Below are positions 1 through 36,680 of a DNA stretch of 64,000 nucleotides, in pieces (position 1 is the first letter of the stretch; every line of letters starts with the position of its first letter). The notes under the pieces were generated by a model that worked only from the letters and a program-made list of their open reading frames with translations, made no database searches and was not told where the DNA came from. The position numbers and the translations under genes are program-made. Source of the stretch: Octopus vulgaris (lineage: Eukaryota); assembly GCA_951406725.2 (NCBI GenBank), contig OX597824.1:91388001-91452000 (forward strand), read 5' to 3'.

Positions 1-250
<250 letters not shown>

Positions 251-423
251 CAAACAAATAGACACAACACACACATATAGATAGACAGACAAACATGGAG
301 GTTAAATAAGGAATTGGTTATAGGAAAGCGTGATTTTAATGAAAAGAAACTCGGCGGAAAGTCTGGGAAAATATTCGAAGAATAAAGAAACATGAGGATA
401 GAAAAAGAGAATCAATAAATAGA

Positions 424-770
424 TAAACAAGAGCACTCAGAAGGCGCAAACCTCCACCAAAGCAACACCAATGTCCTCTCAACGATTAGCCAAAGATGAT
501 TTTTAAAATGAGAATATCTGAAATAAATTCGACAGCTCTCACAAACGAGAATATTAAAAATGAACCCGACCGCCATAAAAAATTAAGTAAAAAAATTGGA
601 AAAATAATCCAGAATCTTTGTCCGGTACCGGATCGATCCCAAAATCTAATCAGTTCGTGCCTGTTATTAGGCCAAACATCTCTGAAAGTCTCATCCGAAT
701 ATATCCAGCGGTTCTTAAGATATCTTGTCCATGGGTAAACAAACAAACAGTCGCTGAGACTGAGGTAATA
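424..770 (+). mobile_element. Putative non-autonomous DNA element (Helentron/HINE-like)
   Basis: Starts aacaagagcactcag...acctccacc, internal ggatcgatcccaaaatctaatcagttc, ends (aaac)n...gaggtaat. Layout recalled from aquatic-animal non-autonomous elements. Confidence 0.4.
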
Positions 771-808
771 AATAAACAAAATGGCAGTAAGGAAAATTGA
801 AATACGTA

Positions 809-869
<61 letters not shown>

Positions 870-884
870 ATGTATGCAGGCATA

Positions 885-1052
885 CTCTTTACTCTTTTAC
901 TTGTTTCAGTCATTTGACTGCGGCCATGCTGGAGCACCGCCTTTAGTCGAGCAAATCGACCCCAGGACTTATTCTTTGTAAGCCCAGTACTTATTCTATC
1001 GGTTTCTTTTGCGGAACCGCTAAGTGACGGGGTCAAACACAGACACGCAAAC

Positions 1053-1141
<89 letters not shown>

Positions 1142-1315
1142 CATATATACGACGAGCTTCTTTCAGTTTTTGTCTACCAAATCCACTCACAAGACTTTGG
1201 TCGGCCCGAGGCTATAGTAGAAGACACTTGCCCAAGGTGCCACGCAGTGGGACTGAACCCGGAACCATGTGGTTGGTAAACAAGCTACTTACCACACAGC
1301 CACTCCTGCGCCTAT
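885..1315 (-). mobile_element. Octopus tRNA-derived SINE family A, full length with internal (TA)/(TG) microsatellite
   Basis: Head ggcgcaggagtggctgtgtggtaag (A box) ... gggttcagtccc (B box); tail gtaaaagagtaaaagag; >12 copies in the window. Confidence 0.9.
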
Positions 1316-1748
1316 ACATGGATACATTTATGCATATAAGTAGTTACAAACATTCACATACCACACACACACTCATATTTATATACTCACACACAGAGGG
1401 AAAACCAGAAAGAGTACAAGAAAGAGGCGGGAGAGAGGGAAAGAGGGAGAAGGGTATTGGACTGGAATGTACCTGTCGGCACCAAACTTGGTAAAATACG
1501 AAGACCCAAAACGTAGCCAGGAGGACAAACTGATAAAAGCGGAAGTGAAAAGCGTTACGCAGTCGATAAAGCGATGATAAACTTCCGGTTATCTGTTAAC
1601 GTTATCTTAGTGAGATTATGTCGTGTTACAATAACGAAATAATCGAGATATTTAGGAGGTTGGTAGATGATTTCACATTCACGTAACCGAAAGCATCCAC
1701 AGAAGTCGGACATTAATACACACACACAGGCACGCATATATACACATG

Positions 1749-1791
<43 letters not shown>

Positions 1792-1967
1792 CCATTCATA
1801 TATATATATATGTATGTATATATATATATATACACTTATATATATATACTCATATATACTCATATATATATATATATATATATATGCTTATATACATGTG
1901 TGTATATATAAGTGAATATAACTATATGCATATGTGTGTGTGTGCATGCGCGCACATACCACACACG

Positions 1968-2055
<88 letters not shown>

Positions 2056-2187
2056 CATATTACACTTTTCTCCTCCTTTGTATGGCCACGCCTCGAACAA
2101 TCCTGTCCCCTGTAGTCTCCCCATACAAAACAAAACATCTCGAAAACTGAATCACCCCAGAGGGCATTCACTAAACGAATTAAGAGC

Positions 2188-2700
2188 ATAACTGATCTCG
2201 ATTACTGGGACCGCCTTAAAGCCTTGAAACTCTACTCTCTCCAGCACCGCCGCGACCGGTACATCATTTGTACGATGTGGAGAATATACCGCTAGCATTG
2301 CCCAAACGACATGAACATTAGTTTCAAGATTCATTCAAGGCTGGAACCACGGGCCATACGTCCCCTACCCAATTCATGATCACAACATATAGGTACACTG
2401 CAACATAATTTCTTTTCCCCAACAGGTCCTGTCCTGTTTAACATTGTCCCAAAACTGATCAAAGACGAAAAGGATCCTATCATCTTTAAATGGAGCCTGG
2501 ACAAATTTCTTCAAGGAATACCAGATAAGCCACCTATACCTAGATGCAACTCACTCAACAAGAACTCCCTACTCGAATGGACTATGATACCACAAAACTT
2601 GACTTAAAAAGGATTTAGATAATCCTATCAGGTGGTGCTATTAAGTTAGACATGGCCTAGACCAATCTCTGGGCGAAACGTATCTAAGTTTACCTAAATT
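2188..2700 (+). mobile_element. CR1/Jockey-group LINE 3' remnant
   Basis: Translates DYWDRLKALKLYSLQHRRDRYII... and FKWSLDKFLQGIPDKP with stops; short tandem 3' tail. Confidence 0.8.
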
Positions 2701-2738
2701 TATATAGACATACATACATACATACATACATACATACA

Positions 2739-2769
<31 letters not shown>

Positions 2770-2934
2770 GTGTGTATGTATGTATGTATGTATATGTGTG
2801 CATATGTATGCATACATATAGAGAGATATGAATTGGTCGCCAAAATATTTTAATATTTGTTACATTGTTCTAAACATTTTTGGAGTAAAATTTAAATTTT
2901 ATATGAAAGCAGCATTTATTTCAAATATGCTGGA

Positions 2935-3760
2935 ATGGTTTCTGGTTTTGAGGGGAGGGGTTAATCGATACTGTCTGGTATTTTGTTTTATCGTCTCCGA
3001 AAGAATTCTAGTCAAAGGTGACCTCGGCGGAATTTGAGCCCAGAACGTAAAGATGGGCGAAATACTGCTAAGCATTTTGCTCGGCGCGCTACCGATTCTG
3101 CCAGCTCACCGCCTTAATAACAACAAGAAAAATAACAACAACAACAATAACAACAACAATAATAATAATAATAATAATAATAATAATCCTTCTTATTATA
3201 GGTACAAGGCATGAAATATGGGGGAGAGGATTAAGTCGATTACATCATCCCCAGTGCGTAACTGGTACTTATTTTATCGACCCCGAAAGGATGAAAGACA
3301 AAGTGGACCTCGGCGGAATTTGAACTCAGAACGTAGCTTCAGAAAAATACCTATTTCTTTACTACCCACAAGGGGCTAAACACAGAGAGGACAAACAAGG
3401 ACAGACAAACGGATTAAGTCGATTACATCGACCCTAGTGCGTAACTGGTACTTTATTCATCGACCCCGAAAGGATGAAAGACAAAGTGGACCTCGGCGGA
3501 ATTTGAACTCAGAACGTAGCGGCAGACGAATTACCGATTTCTTTACTACCCAAAGGGGCTAAACACAGAGAGGACACACAAGGACAGACAAACGGATTAA
3601 GTCGATTATATCGACCCCAGTGCGTAACTGGTACTTAATTTATCGACTCCGAAAGGATGAAAGGCAAAGTCGACCTCGGCGGAATTTGAACTCAGAACGT
3701 AACGGCAGACGAAGTACCGATAAGCACTATGCCCGGCGTGCTAACGTTTCTGCCAAGCTT
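2935..3760 (-). mobile_element. SINE family B (Nin-domain-like), head-to-tail array with 183-bp period
   Basis: Core gcctttcatcctttcggggtcgataaattaagtaccag; equivalent positions at 3241, 3424, 3607. Confidence 0.85.
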
Positions 3761-4199
3761 TTGCCAAGTAATGCAATCAAACCATACTTTCGATGTTTTC
3801 AGCCAACAAGTCATACAACAGGGGAGGGGTCCCTACAAGAATGATAAGTCTGTCAGACACCGATTCGGTTACATTTTTGGTAAGTTTAAAGCTAGAATCT
3901 CCTCTGGTTTCAAAGAGTCTTGAGATTTGACAGAGTTTCTTTAAGTAATTAAATGTGTTAATGAGTGCAATTAGAACCCCGTTTGGCTCTAAATGTTTGA
4001 AATGTAAAACCCAGGGAGCAATAAATTGGAATTTGTCGGTCCCTAGACTTTTGTGCTTCAGGGTTACCCTATTGCTTTTCGGGTCCCAAGGTACCACGGT
4101 CATCGTCGTCGTTATTGTTGGTCATGTTGTTGCAGCTGTTGCTGCTGCTGCTGCTACTGATGATGATGATGATGATCGTGCTTTCCTTGCTGTCTTCTT

Positions 4200-4727
4200 C
4201 TTCTTCTAGTCCTCCTCCTCCTCCTCCTTCTTCTTCTTCTTCTTCCAATCAGGACTCACGCCATTAGCCACAAAGAATAATCTCCAACTCGAACCTTACT
4301 CTAAGCTACTAAGAATGCGTGCGGCAACTTGAAGATCCACCCACCACACACGATAGACTGGCGGTTGTACGGGCGCGAAAGCTACGTTGTTATCCTCATT
4401 CCATAAACGGCGGCTTTTAACGGGTGGAGAGCCGAACCATCCTGGGGTACAGAGGATTCGCAATCTAGACTAGTCTCTGAAAGTTTACCACACCATAGTG
4501 GGTTACACCATCGTTCCTCTGCTTTGTGACAGAAGTAGGAAGAAAGAGTGAGAGAATGTTGTGGTGAAAGAGTACAGCGGGGTTCACCACCCCTCCCCGC
4601 CGGATCCTCGTGGAGCTTAGGTGTTTTTGCTCAATAAACACTCACAATGTCCGGTCTGGGAATCGAAACAGCGTTCTTACGACTGCGAGTCCGCTGTCCT
4701 AACCACTGTGCCATTGAGCCTCCACTA
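4200..4727 (-). mobile_element. tRNA-derived SINE family C with (GAA)n tail
   Basis: Minus-strand head tggcacagtggttagg ... gtttcgattccc (A/B boxes); related copy at 24405-24670. Confidence 0.7.
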
Positions 4728-4750
4728 GCCGCTGCTTTTGCTGCTGCTAC

Positions 4751-4783
<33 letters not shown>

Positions 4784-4964
4784 CGATGAGGAGGAGGAGG
4801 AGGATTGTGCTTTTGTTGTTGTTGCTGTTGTTGAGGTTGATGATGATATTGTTGTAACATATAATTGCCAACCAAGTGTGGCGTCCTATACAGGACAGTG
4901 CTACTGACGTTTATAGCCCCAGGAAGACATCTCCTCCAGCTGGCTAACAACACACATCCTGTAT

Positions 4965-5335
4965 CCGATTAATCGACTGGCCCCCTCCCCCCAAATTTCG
5001 GGCCTTGTGGCTGGAGTAGAAAAGAATATAGTTACTACTTTATATTCCGCCGAGGTCAACTTTGCCTTTCATCCTTTCGGGATCGATAAATTAAGTACCA
5101 GCTGCGTACTGGGGTCGATCTAATCGACTGGTCCCTTCGCCCAAAAATTTCGAGCCTTGTGCCTAGAGTAGAAAAGAATATGGTTATTACTTTATATTCC
5201 GACGAGGTCAACTTTGCATTTCATTCTTTCGGGATCGATAAATTAAGTACCAGCTGCGTACTGGGGTCGATCTAATCAACTGGTCCCTTCCCCACAAAAA
5301 ATTTCGGGCCTTGTGTCGAGAGTAGAAAAGAACAT
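4965..5335 (+). mobile_element. SINE family B fragments in a local tandem duplication (152-bp period)
   Basis: tatattccg..gaggtcaactttgc repeated at 5041 and 5193. Confidence 0.8.
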
Positions 5336-6099
5336 TTTGTGCATTGAAGAAGAATAACCAATTTATTACAGCATAAGATTTTTACCACAAACTCTGAGAT
5401 GGACCCTCGATGGTCAAAAGAACCCAGGTTGTGAACCAATGATTTGGGCCCTGCTTTCTAGATATCCCTATTGGATGATGAAGAATGTGCGTGAAGAGAG
5501 AAGATATCGTTGTTATGCTTTCCACTTAAGCTCGGCATTTAGAAACATATTGAGAAAGTCAATGAGTTGGCGATATATTTACATATGTTAACAGATTTGT
5601 CTGCATTTCTGCCGAGCCGAGATCGTTCGGAAGATAAAGAGATAAGATAGCTGCGTGGTGTCTACCAAGTTTATCTAAACTACAACGATTTGCTGTTCTT
5701 GTAGAGACATTAAGGCCAGATTCTTTGAATGCCTCGCTTTTTATCGCCCTGTGTATCACTATGTATGTATGCATGCAAGCATGCATTTATGTATACACGT
5801 ACACACAAACACATATATATATATATACATGTATACACACTGGTATACGGACACACACGTACATCTGCCCACACACATATGCAAACACTCATATATAGAT
5901 ATTAGATAAACTGATAAATAGATATTGCTATGTACACACACATACGAGCGCGCACACACACACGCATTTATTAAAGTGCCAACGCACGAAACTCTCGGAC
6001 CTCGAGTCACTCTGTTACTTCTGATAAATATTAATGAAAATATACATTTACTCATATTTTCAGCTCTTATTTTCCTTTTTGCTCCAACTTCATAACTGT

Positions 6100-8635
<2,536 letters not shown>

Positions 8636-8654
8636 GTGCTTGCTACATGCAATC

Positions 8655-9965
8655 AAGTAATATGCATGCCACTCAGTGAAACGCATCTAGTCCCTGATGT
8701 AACAGATGCGGAAGTGCACATACCAGGGTATGCTGTATTTCGTACAGACAGAAGAGAAAGAAGCCACGGTGGAGTTGCTACGTACATCTGTGAAGATGTC
8801 ACACTTCTTGTATTACTGTCACATTCGAACTCAGTTTGCGACACTTTTATAATACATATAAAGCAAATTGATGTAGTTGTATGCACGATATATCGTCCGC
8901 CGAATACCGCAAAATATGATGGAAAATTTAAGGATAGCCTCAAGTACATAGAAGAGGTATTAACAAACCTAGATCAGAACATCAACTTACTCTTCCTGGG
9001 TGATTTCAACCTCCCACATGTTAAATGGCCAGAAGACCACATCCTCTCTAGGACGTCACTGCATGTAGTCATTATTTGAACTTATTAATAGGCTATTCAT
9101 GGAGCAAGTGATACCCAGGCTAACCAGGGGAAGCAACATATTGGACGTATGCTTCACAAATAATGTGGACCTTATCCATAATGTGAAAGTGACACCAACA
9201 GCACTCTCAAATCACAACATTGTTGAATTAAATACGTATGGTCCTGAGCGAACTGTTGGTATCTACCCTATCAGGAGGGCTCAAGCCTAATCCAACATGA
9301 AATTCCATAAGGCAAAATGGGAATCAATCTACAAAGAGATCCACAAACGAAACTGGTCCAACATTCTGTGTATGCAAGACGTTGACTTGAAACTCAACCA
9401 GTTTATGTCAACAGTGCATGCTATATGCACACTGACAGACAAGATTCCCGGGGACAGAAAAATCTTCATGAGATGCGGGTCAAAGATCTCAAAGTGGCTG
9501 AGTAGGCAACTGAAGGATAAGGAGAAGTCTCTCTTAACACGGATGCCCCTAGAAATTGAAAACAAGATCAAACTCTCTCACGAAAGGGAAAGAAGAGAGA
9601 TGTGGAAAGCATAAAAATAAATCCCAAAGCTTTCTATAAATTCGCAAAAGAAACAGCCACAATACAATCTAAAATGGGACCATTGTTCCAAGGAAATGAC
9701 TCAATGGCAGCAGATCCCGGAAAGATAAGTGAGATACTCAGTGAAAAATTTAAAAGTGTTTTCACTCCCCTATCCCCTGGATACATGCAGATAAAAAATC
9801 CGGCTGAATTCTTTGATGTTGCAGCTCTCAAAAAGGAGGCGCCAGCGATTGATTATATCAACATTAAGGAGACGTGTGTAAAAATGGTCTTCATAGATGA
9901 AATGTGCTCATGCTCTGCCACTGGTCCTGGTGGCTTCCAAACTATTCTTCTAAATTCATTTAAGT
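8655..9965 (+). pseudogene. Degraded CR1/Jockey-group LINE ORF2 5' part (APE endonuclease and linker)
   Basis: LSETHL, GYAVFRTDR...HGGVA, IYRPP, FLGDFNLPHVKW, TRGSNILD, SNHNIV, IKINPKAFYK, ATGPGG; broken by stops and frameshifts. Confidence 0.9.
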
Positions 9966-10130
9966 GATTTAGAGAAACCACTTCAGATACTTTTCTAAAT
10001 TTCCCGGACGTTAAACGATAATGATAATGATAATGATAGTGATGATGATGAATTTTCACTCATTAGACTGCGGCCATGCTGGGGCACCTCCTTGAAGAAC
10101 TCTTTGTTGAGAGAACATATATATATGTAT

Positions 10131-10530
10131 AGGCGCAGGAGTGGCTGTGTGGTAAGTAGCTTGCTTACGAACCACATGGTTCCGGGTTCAGTCCCATTGC
10201 GTGGAACCTTGGGCAAGTGTCTTCTACTATAGCCTCGGGCCGATCAAAGCCTTGTGAGTGGATTTGGTAGACGGAAACTGAAAGAAGCCCGTCGTGTATA
10301 TGTATATATATGCGTGTGTGTGTTTGTGTGTCTGTGTTCGTTCCCATAGCATTGCTTGACAACCGATGCTGGTGTGTTTATGTCCCCGTTACTTCGCGGT
10401 TCGGCAAAAGAGACCGATAGAATAAGTACTGGGCTTACAAAAGAATAAGTCCCGGGGTCGAGTTGCTCGATTAAGGGCGGTGCACCTGCATGGCCGCAAT
10501 CAAATGACTGAAACAAGTAAAAGAGTAAAG
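10131..10530 (+). mobile_element. SINE family A, full length
   Basis: Same head, body and tail as 885-1315. Confidence 0.9.
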
Positions 10531-10532
10531 AG

Positions 10533-10596
<64 letters not shown>

Positions 10597-11269
10597 CTAC
10601 AAACTTCTTTTCTCTGTTCCAAATCCTCTGACAATGTTTTGATCGAGGCTATAGTAGAAGACACTTGCCCAAGGTGCAACTCAAACCAGATCCATCTGGT
10701 TGGGAAGCAAGCTTCTTACCACATTGCCACGCCTCAGCCCGTCGGTGCGTGTAGATAGTCCGTGTAACTTAGCAGTTCGACAAAAACATACCCATAGAAT
10801 GATTTTAAAACAAGTATTAGAGTCGATTTGTATTGGCTAAACCTTTTAAGACAGAGCTACAGCATGGCCCACATTCCACCACCCGAAACAAATAAAAGAT
10901 GGCAGCTTACTCTCAAGGGAGGTAACTCTTAATTACAAAGCATTTTCCTACTTGCTACTAGTTCAATAATTAAAGGGAAATAACTTATAACTGCCAAGGG
11001 AGATAATGCCTACCATCTCTTTAATTGAATGCCATTTAGATATTACAGCAGTTATTTTCTGAGCCAGTCTCTATGTAGTTATTTCAGATAATATGCACAA
11101 CAGGGAACTGTGCCTCCCCAAAGCATACCTTTCACATCACCTAGAAACACCTGATGAAATATCATTTGTTAATTTCTTTCTTTATTTATTCTTATATCTA
11201 TAAGAATGCCATATTAATATGGCGATAACAATTAATTTTCAGGTATGATGGTCTTTTATTTTTTTCTTC

Positions 11270-11812
11270 TTTCATTCATTTGACTGCGGCCATGCTGCGC
11301 ACCGCTTTTAGTCGAACAAATCGACCCCAGGACTTATTCCTTGTAAGCCTAGTACTTTATCGGCTTATTTTGCCAAACCGCTAGGTTACAGGGACGTAAA
11401 CTCACCAACATCGGTTGTCAAGCGACGGTGTGCGAACAAGCACAGACATAGATCGTTAGCTACCGCACACTTTTTTTCTCTCCTTGTTTTTTCTGTGTCC
11501 CTTTCTGTAGAAGAGCGTAGGCTGGAAACGTAAAATACTTTTCTATTCCTGACCGTTGTACTAATACATCTGTTTGTTTTCTACACCACCTGTCTTCGTC
11601 TTTTGTTTATTTTCGTAAACTTTCCCGTTATATATATATATATATATATATATGCGACGGTCTTCTTTCAGTTTCTCCATCTATCAAATCTATTCACAAG
11701 GATTTGGTCGGCCCGAGGCTATAGCAGGAGACAGTTGCCCAAGGCGCCACGCAGTGGGACTGAACTTGGAACCATGTGGTTGGTAAGCAAGCGTCTTACC
11801 ACACAGCCTCGC
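11270..11812 (-). mobile_element. SINE family A interrupted at its internal microsatellite by a Penelope-pLTR-like fragment (11452-11630)
   Basis: SINE 3' half at 11270-11450 and 5' half at 11650-11812; the insert matches 60300-60490 in reverse complement. Confidence 0.75.
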
Positions 11813-11814
11813 TG

Positions 11815-12335
11815 TATATCTAGGATAAAAGTGGTGAGCTTCAACACCATTCCATCCGGTAACTTCAACAACTGGTTTTGTATGCAACGGAAGATTTGTA
11901 TAAGACAGAAGAGAAGTCCAAATGGACTTTCACTGCGATATTATAATAAATTATTAACAATCTTACAAACTTTGAGCATCTTTTCAAACTCCACCCTCTA
12001 ACACCCGTGGACATGTTTACAAAGTCAGAAAACAGCACAGCTCCCATGACTTCAGGAGACATTTTTTCACGCTGAGAGTTGCTGAAGCATGGAACGAACT
12101 GCCGGCATCAGTTGTTAGTTGTCGGAGCACTGCATCCTTCAAAACTTCCATGCTTCCTGAGATTCGCCAACACTACACCTGATTTTCTCCCCACCATACA
12201 CACGCAAGCATGTATCTGACTCATACACTGTTCACTTCCCAGACATTTGTACATTACTGCATATGCTTTATATGCACTTTTGACAAGTTGTGGTGCACCT
12301 GAGCACTGTACACAATAATTTCATTATTATTATTT
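11815..12335 (+). mobile_element. CR1-type LINE 3' end
   Basis: SNTRGHVYKVRKQHSSHDFRRHFFTLRVAEAWNELPASVV...SFK is a typical CR1 ORF2 C-terminus; (ATT)n tail. Confidence 0.85.
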
Positions 12336-12609
12336 AAACAGTAGTTGCGAAAAAGAAATGAGTGCATCACATGAGATGTAATCCGCACAAAAAATATCCA
12401 AAACTTCTGAATAGACACGCTGGCGGTACTGCCGGATCATGTAACCCAAGAGTATAGCTAGACCGACCGATTTCAGAAACGGAGAGGAGGAACACTCAAC
12501 GCTTTGTCCTATCTTGTTATGAAGAGTAGTTTCCCTTGGATTCGTTATAGGTTAAGTTCCAAGAACGAAAAACATTTATTTACCACTCAAATGCATGAAA
12601 TAATATTTT

Positions 12610-13168
12610 CTACTCTAGGCACAAGGTCCGAAATTTTGGGGAAAGGGGGACCAGTCGATTAGATCGACCCCTGTACGCAACTGGTGCTTAATTTATCGAC
12701 CCCGAAAGGATGAAAGGCGAAGTCGACCTCGGCGGAATTTGAACTCAGAACGTAACGGCACACGAAATACCACTAAGCACTTCGCCAGCTCGCCGCCTTA
12801 AATGCAATTTTGGGGAAGTGGGGACCAGTCGATTACATCGACCCTTGTATTATGTCGATTATGCTACAACAGAAAGAAAAATATCACGTTTTCAGCAACT
12901 GCCTAATAATGTCTAAGATACAACCTTCTGTGACATGAGATATTCGCTTAAATTAGTTATAATATTTATTTCTTTATTGCTCTCAAGGGGCTAAACATAG
13001 AGGGGACAAACAAGGACAAAGGGATTAAGTCGATCCCAGTACGTAACTGGTATTTATTTAATCAACCCAGAAAGGATGAAAGGCGAAGTTGACCTTGGCG
13101 GAATTTGAACTCAAAACGTAACGGCAGACGAAATACCACTAAGTATTTCGCCCGACGTACTAACGTAA
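12610..13168 (-). mobile_element. SINE family B copies
   Basis: Nin-like core present twice. Confidence 0.8.
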
Positions 13169-13169
13169 A

Positions 13170-13460
13170 AAGCTCCAACCGATCGTTTGCCAGCCTCATC
13201 TGGCCCGTGCCGGTGGCACGTAAAAAGCACCAACCGATCGTGACTGCTGCCAGACTCCCCTGGCACCTGTGCCGGTGGCACGTAAAAAGCACCCACTACA
13301 CTCTTGGAGTGGTTGGCATTAGGAAGGGCATCAAGCTGTAGGAACACTGCCAGATCAGACTGGAGCCTGGTGCAGCCTCCTGGCTTCCCAGACCCCAGTC
13401 GAACCGTGCAACCTATGCTAGCATGAAAAACGGATGTTAAACGATGATGATGATGATGAT
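13170..13460 (+). mobile_element. 3' end of an RTE-related retroelement with ~66-bp tandem units and (GAT)n tail
   Basis: gtaaaaagcacc units; ...gcatgaaaaacggatgttaaacgatgatgat. Confidence 0.75.
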
Positions 13461-14161
13461 ACCATTGCTGCAATGGGAAATTATTGTTCTGCTTTATGAG
13501 TTTTCACTTTACAAAGCGTCCTCTGGGAACAAATAACTCGTATAACCAGACCTGTCTTGTTTAAAGGTACAGAGAGAGACAACGTTCGTGGTAAAATATC
13601 ATTCGTACGTAAAACCATCCATGCACCGGGCTTTATAACAACGGGTTTGCATGAAAACCTAGAAATACTGGGTTATCAGAGAAGGAACGACGCACACTTA
13701 TACACATCTTTGAAATCCAGGCGGTGAGCAGGGTGGCAGGGGTGAGTGTGTATGGGGTGGGGTGGAGTTCTGTAAAACATTACAAATCACTGAAAGTATC
13801 ATTTGTAAACAATCAACACATTTGCATACACACACACACACACACACACAAACACACACAAACACACACTAATTGGTTGATCCTTTAATGAGTTCTCTAG
13901 ATGTGAAAAAATAAGACCAACTACTTATTGGAATTAATAAAAGGTTAGATATTTCTGGAGAGACATTGTAATTAAAAAGAGCCAACCAGAAATTCTTGTT
14001 GCTTCTCATGTTCTTCAATAGACAACTGACATTTCTATTTATAGACTTTGAAACCAATAAACAGGCAGAACGGCTTAAAAAGACTAATCCTTCACAGACC
14101 ACATTTAGTCTTTGTTTAAATATTCACAACATATGGAACAGACACACAGGCAGACAGACAC

Positions 14162-14219
<58 letters not shown>

Positions 14220-14239
14220 GTACATAGATAGATAGGTAC

Positions 14240-14300
<61 letters not shown>

Positions 14301-14381
14301 CAAATAGACCAACAGTCAGACAGACAAATAGATAGATAGACAAACAGACACACAGTTAGACAGACAGATAGTCAGACACAC

Positions 14382-14448
<67 letters not shown>

Positions 14449-14467
14449 CAGAGATAGATAGAGAGAC

Positions 14468-14541
<74 letters not shown>

Positions 14542-14714
14542 ATAGACAGATAGAGAGATAGACAGACAGATAGATATATGACTGAAACAAGTAAAAGAGT
14601 AAGAGAGAGTATCCAGTTCCAAATTTAGAGATTACAACAGGAGTCATTTGTTTTTTTTTACTATCATTATAAATAATATATTTTTTTCTTTTTAAACAAT
14701 ATATTTCAAATGAT

Positions 14715-14720
14715 TTTATT
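14715..14720 (-). terminator. Candidate polyadenylation signal AATAAA of ABHD12
   Basis: Hexamer ~47 nt after the stop codon; other sites further downstream are possible. Confidence 0.3.
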
Positions 14721-14766
14721 ACACCAAGTTTACACAAACCACCTCTGTTGTTCTTGGCATCGATTA

Positions 14767-36680
<21,914 letters not shown>

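Noticed and set aside
885-1315. tRNA genes at SINE heads (also 4650-4727, 24590-24670, 56960-57028)
   Set aside because: A/B boxes run into SINE bodies without a complete cloverleaf; these are tRNA-derived SINEs.
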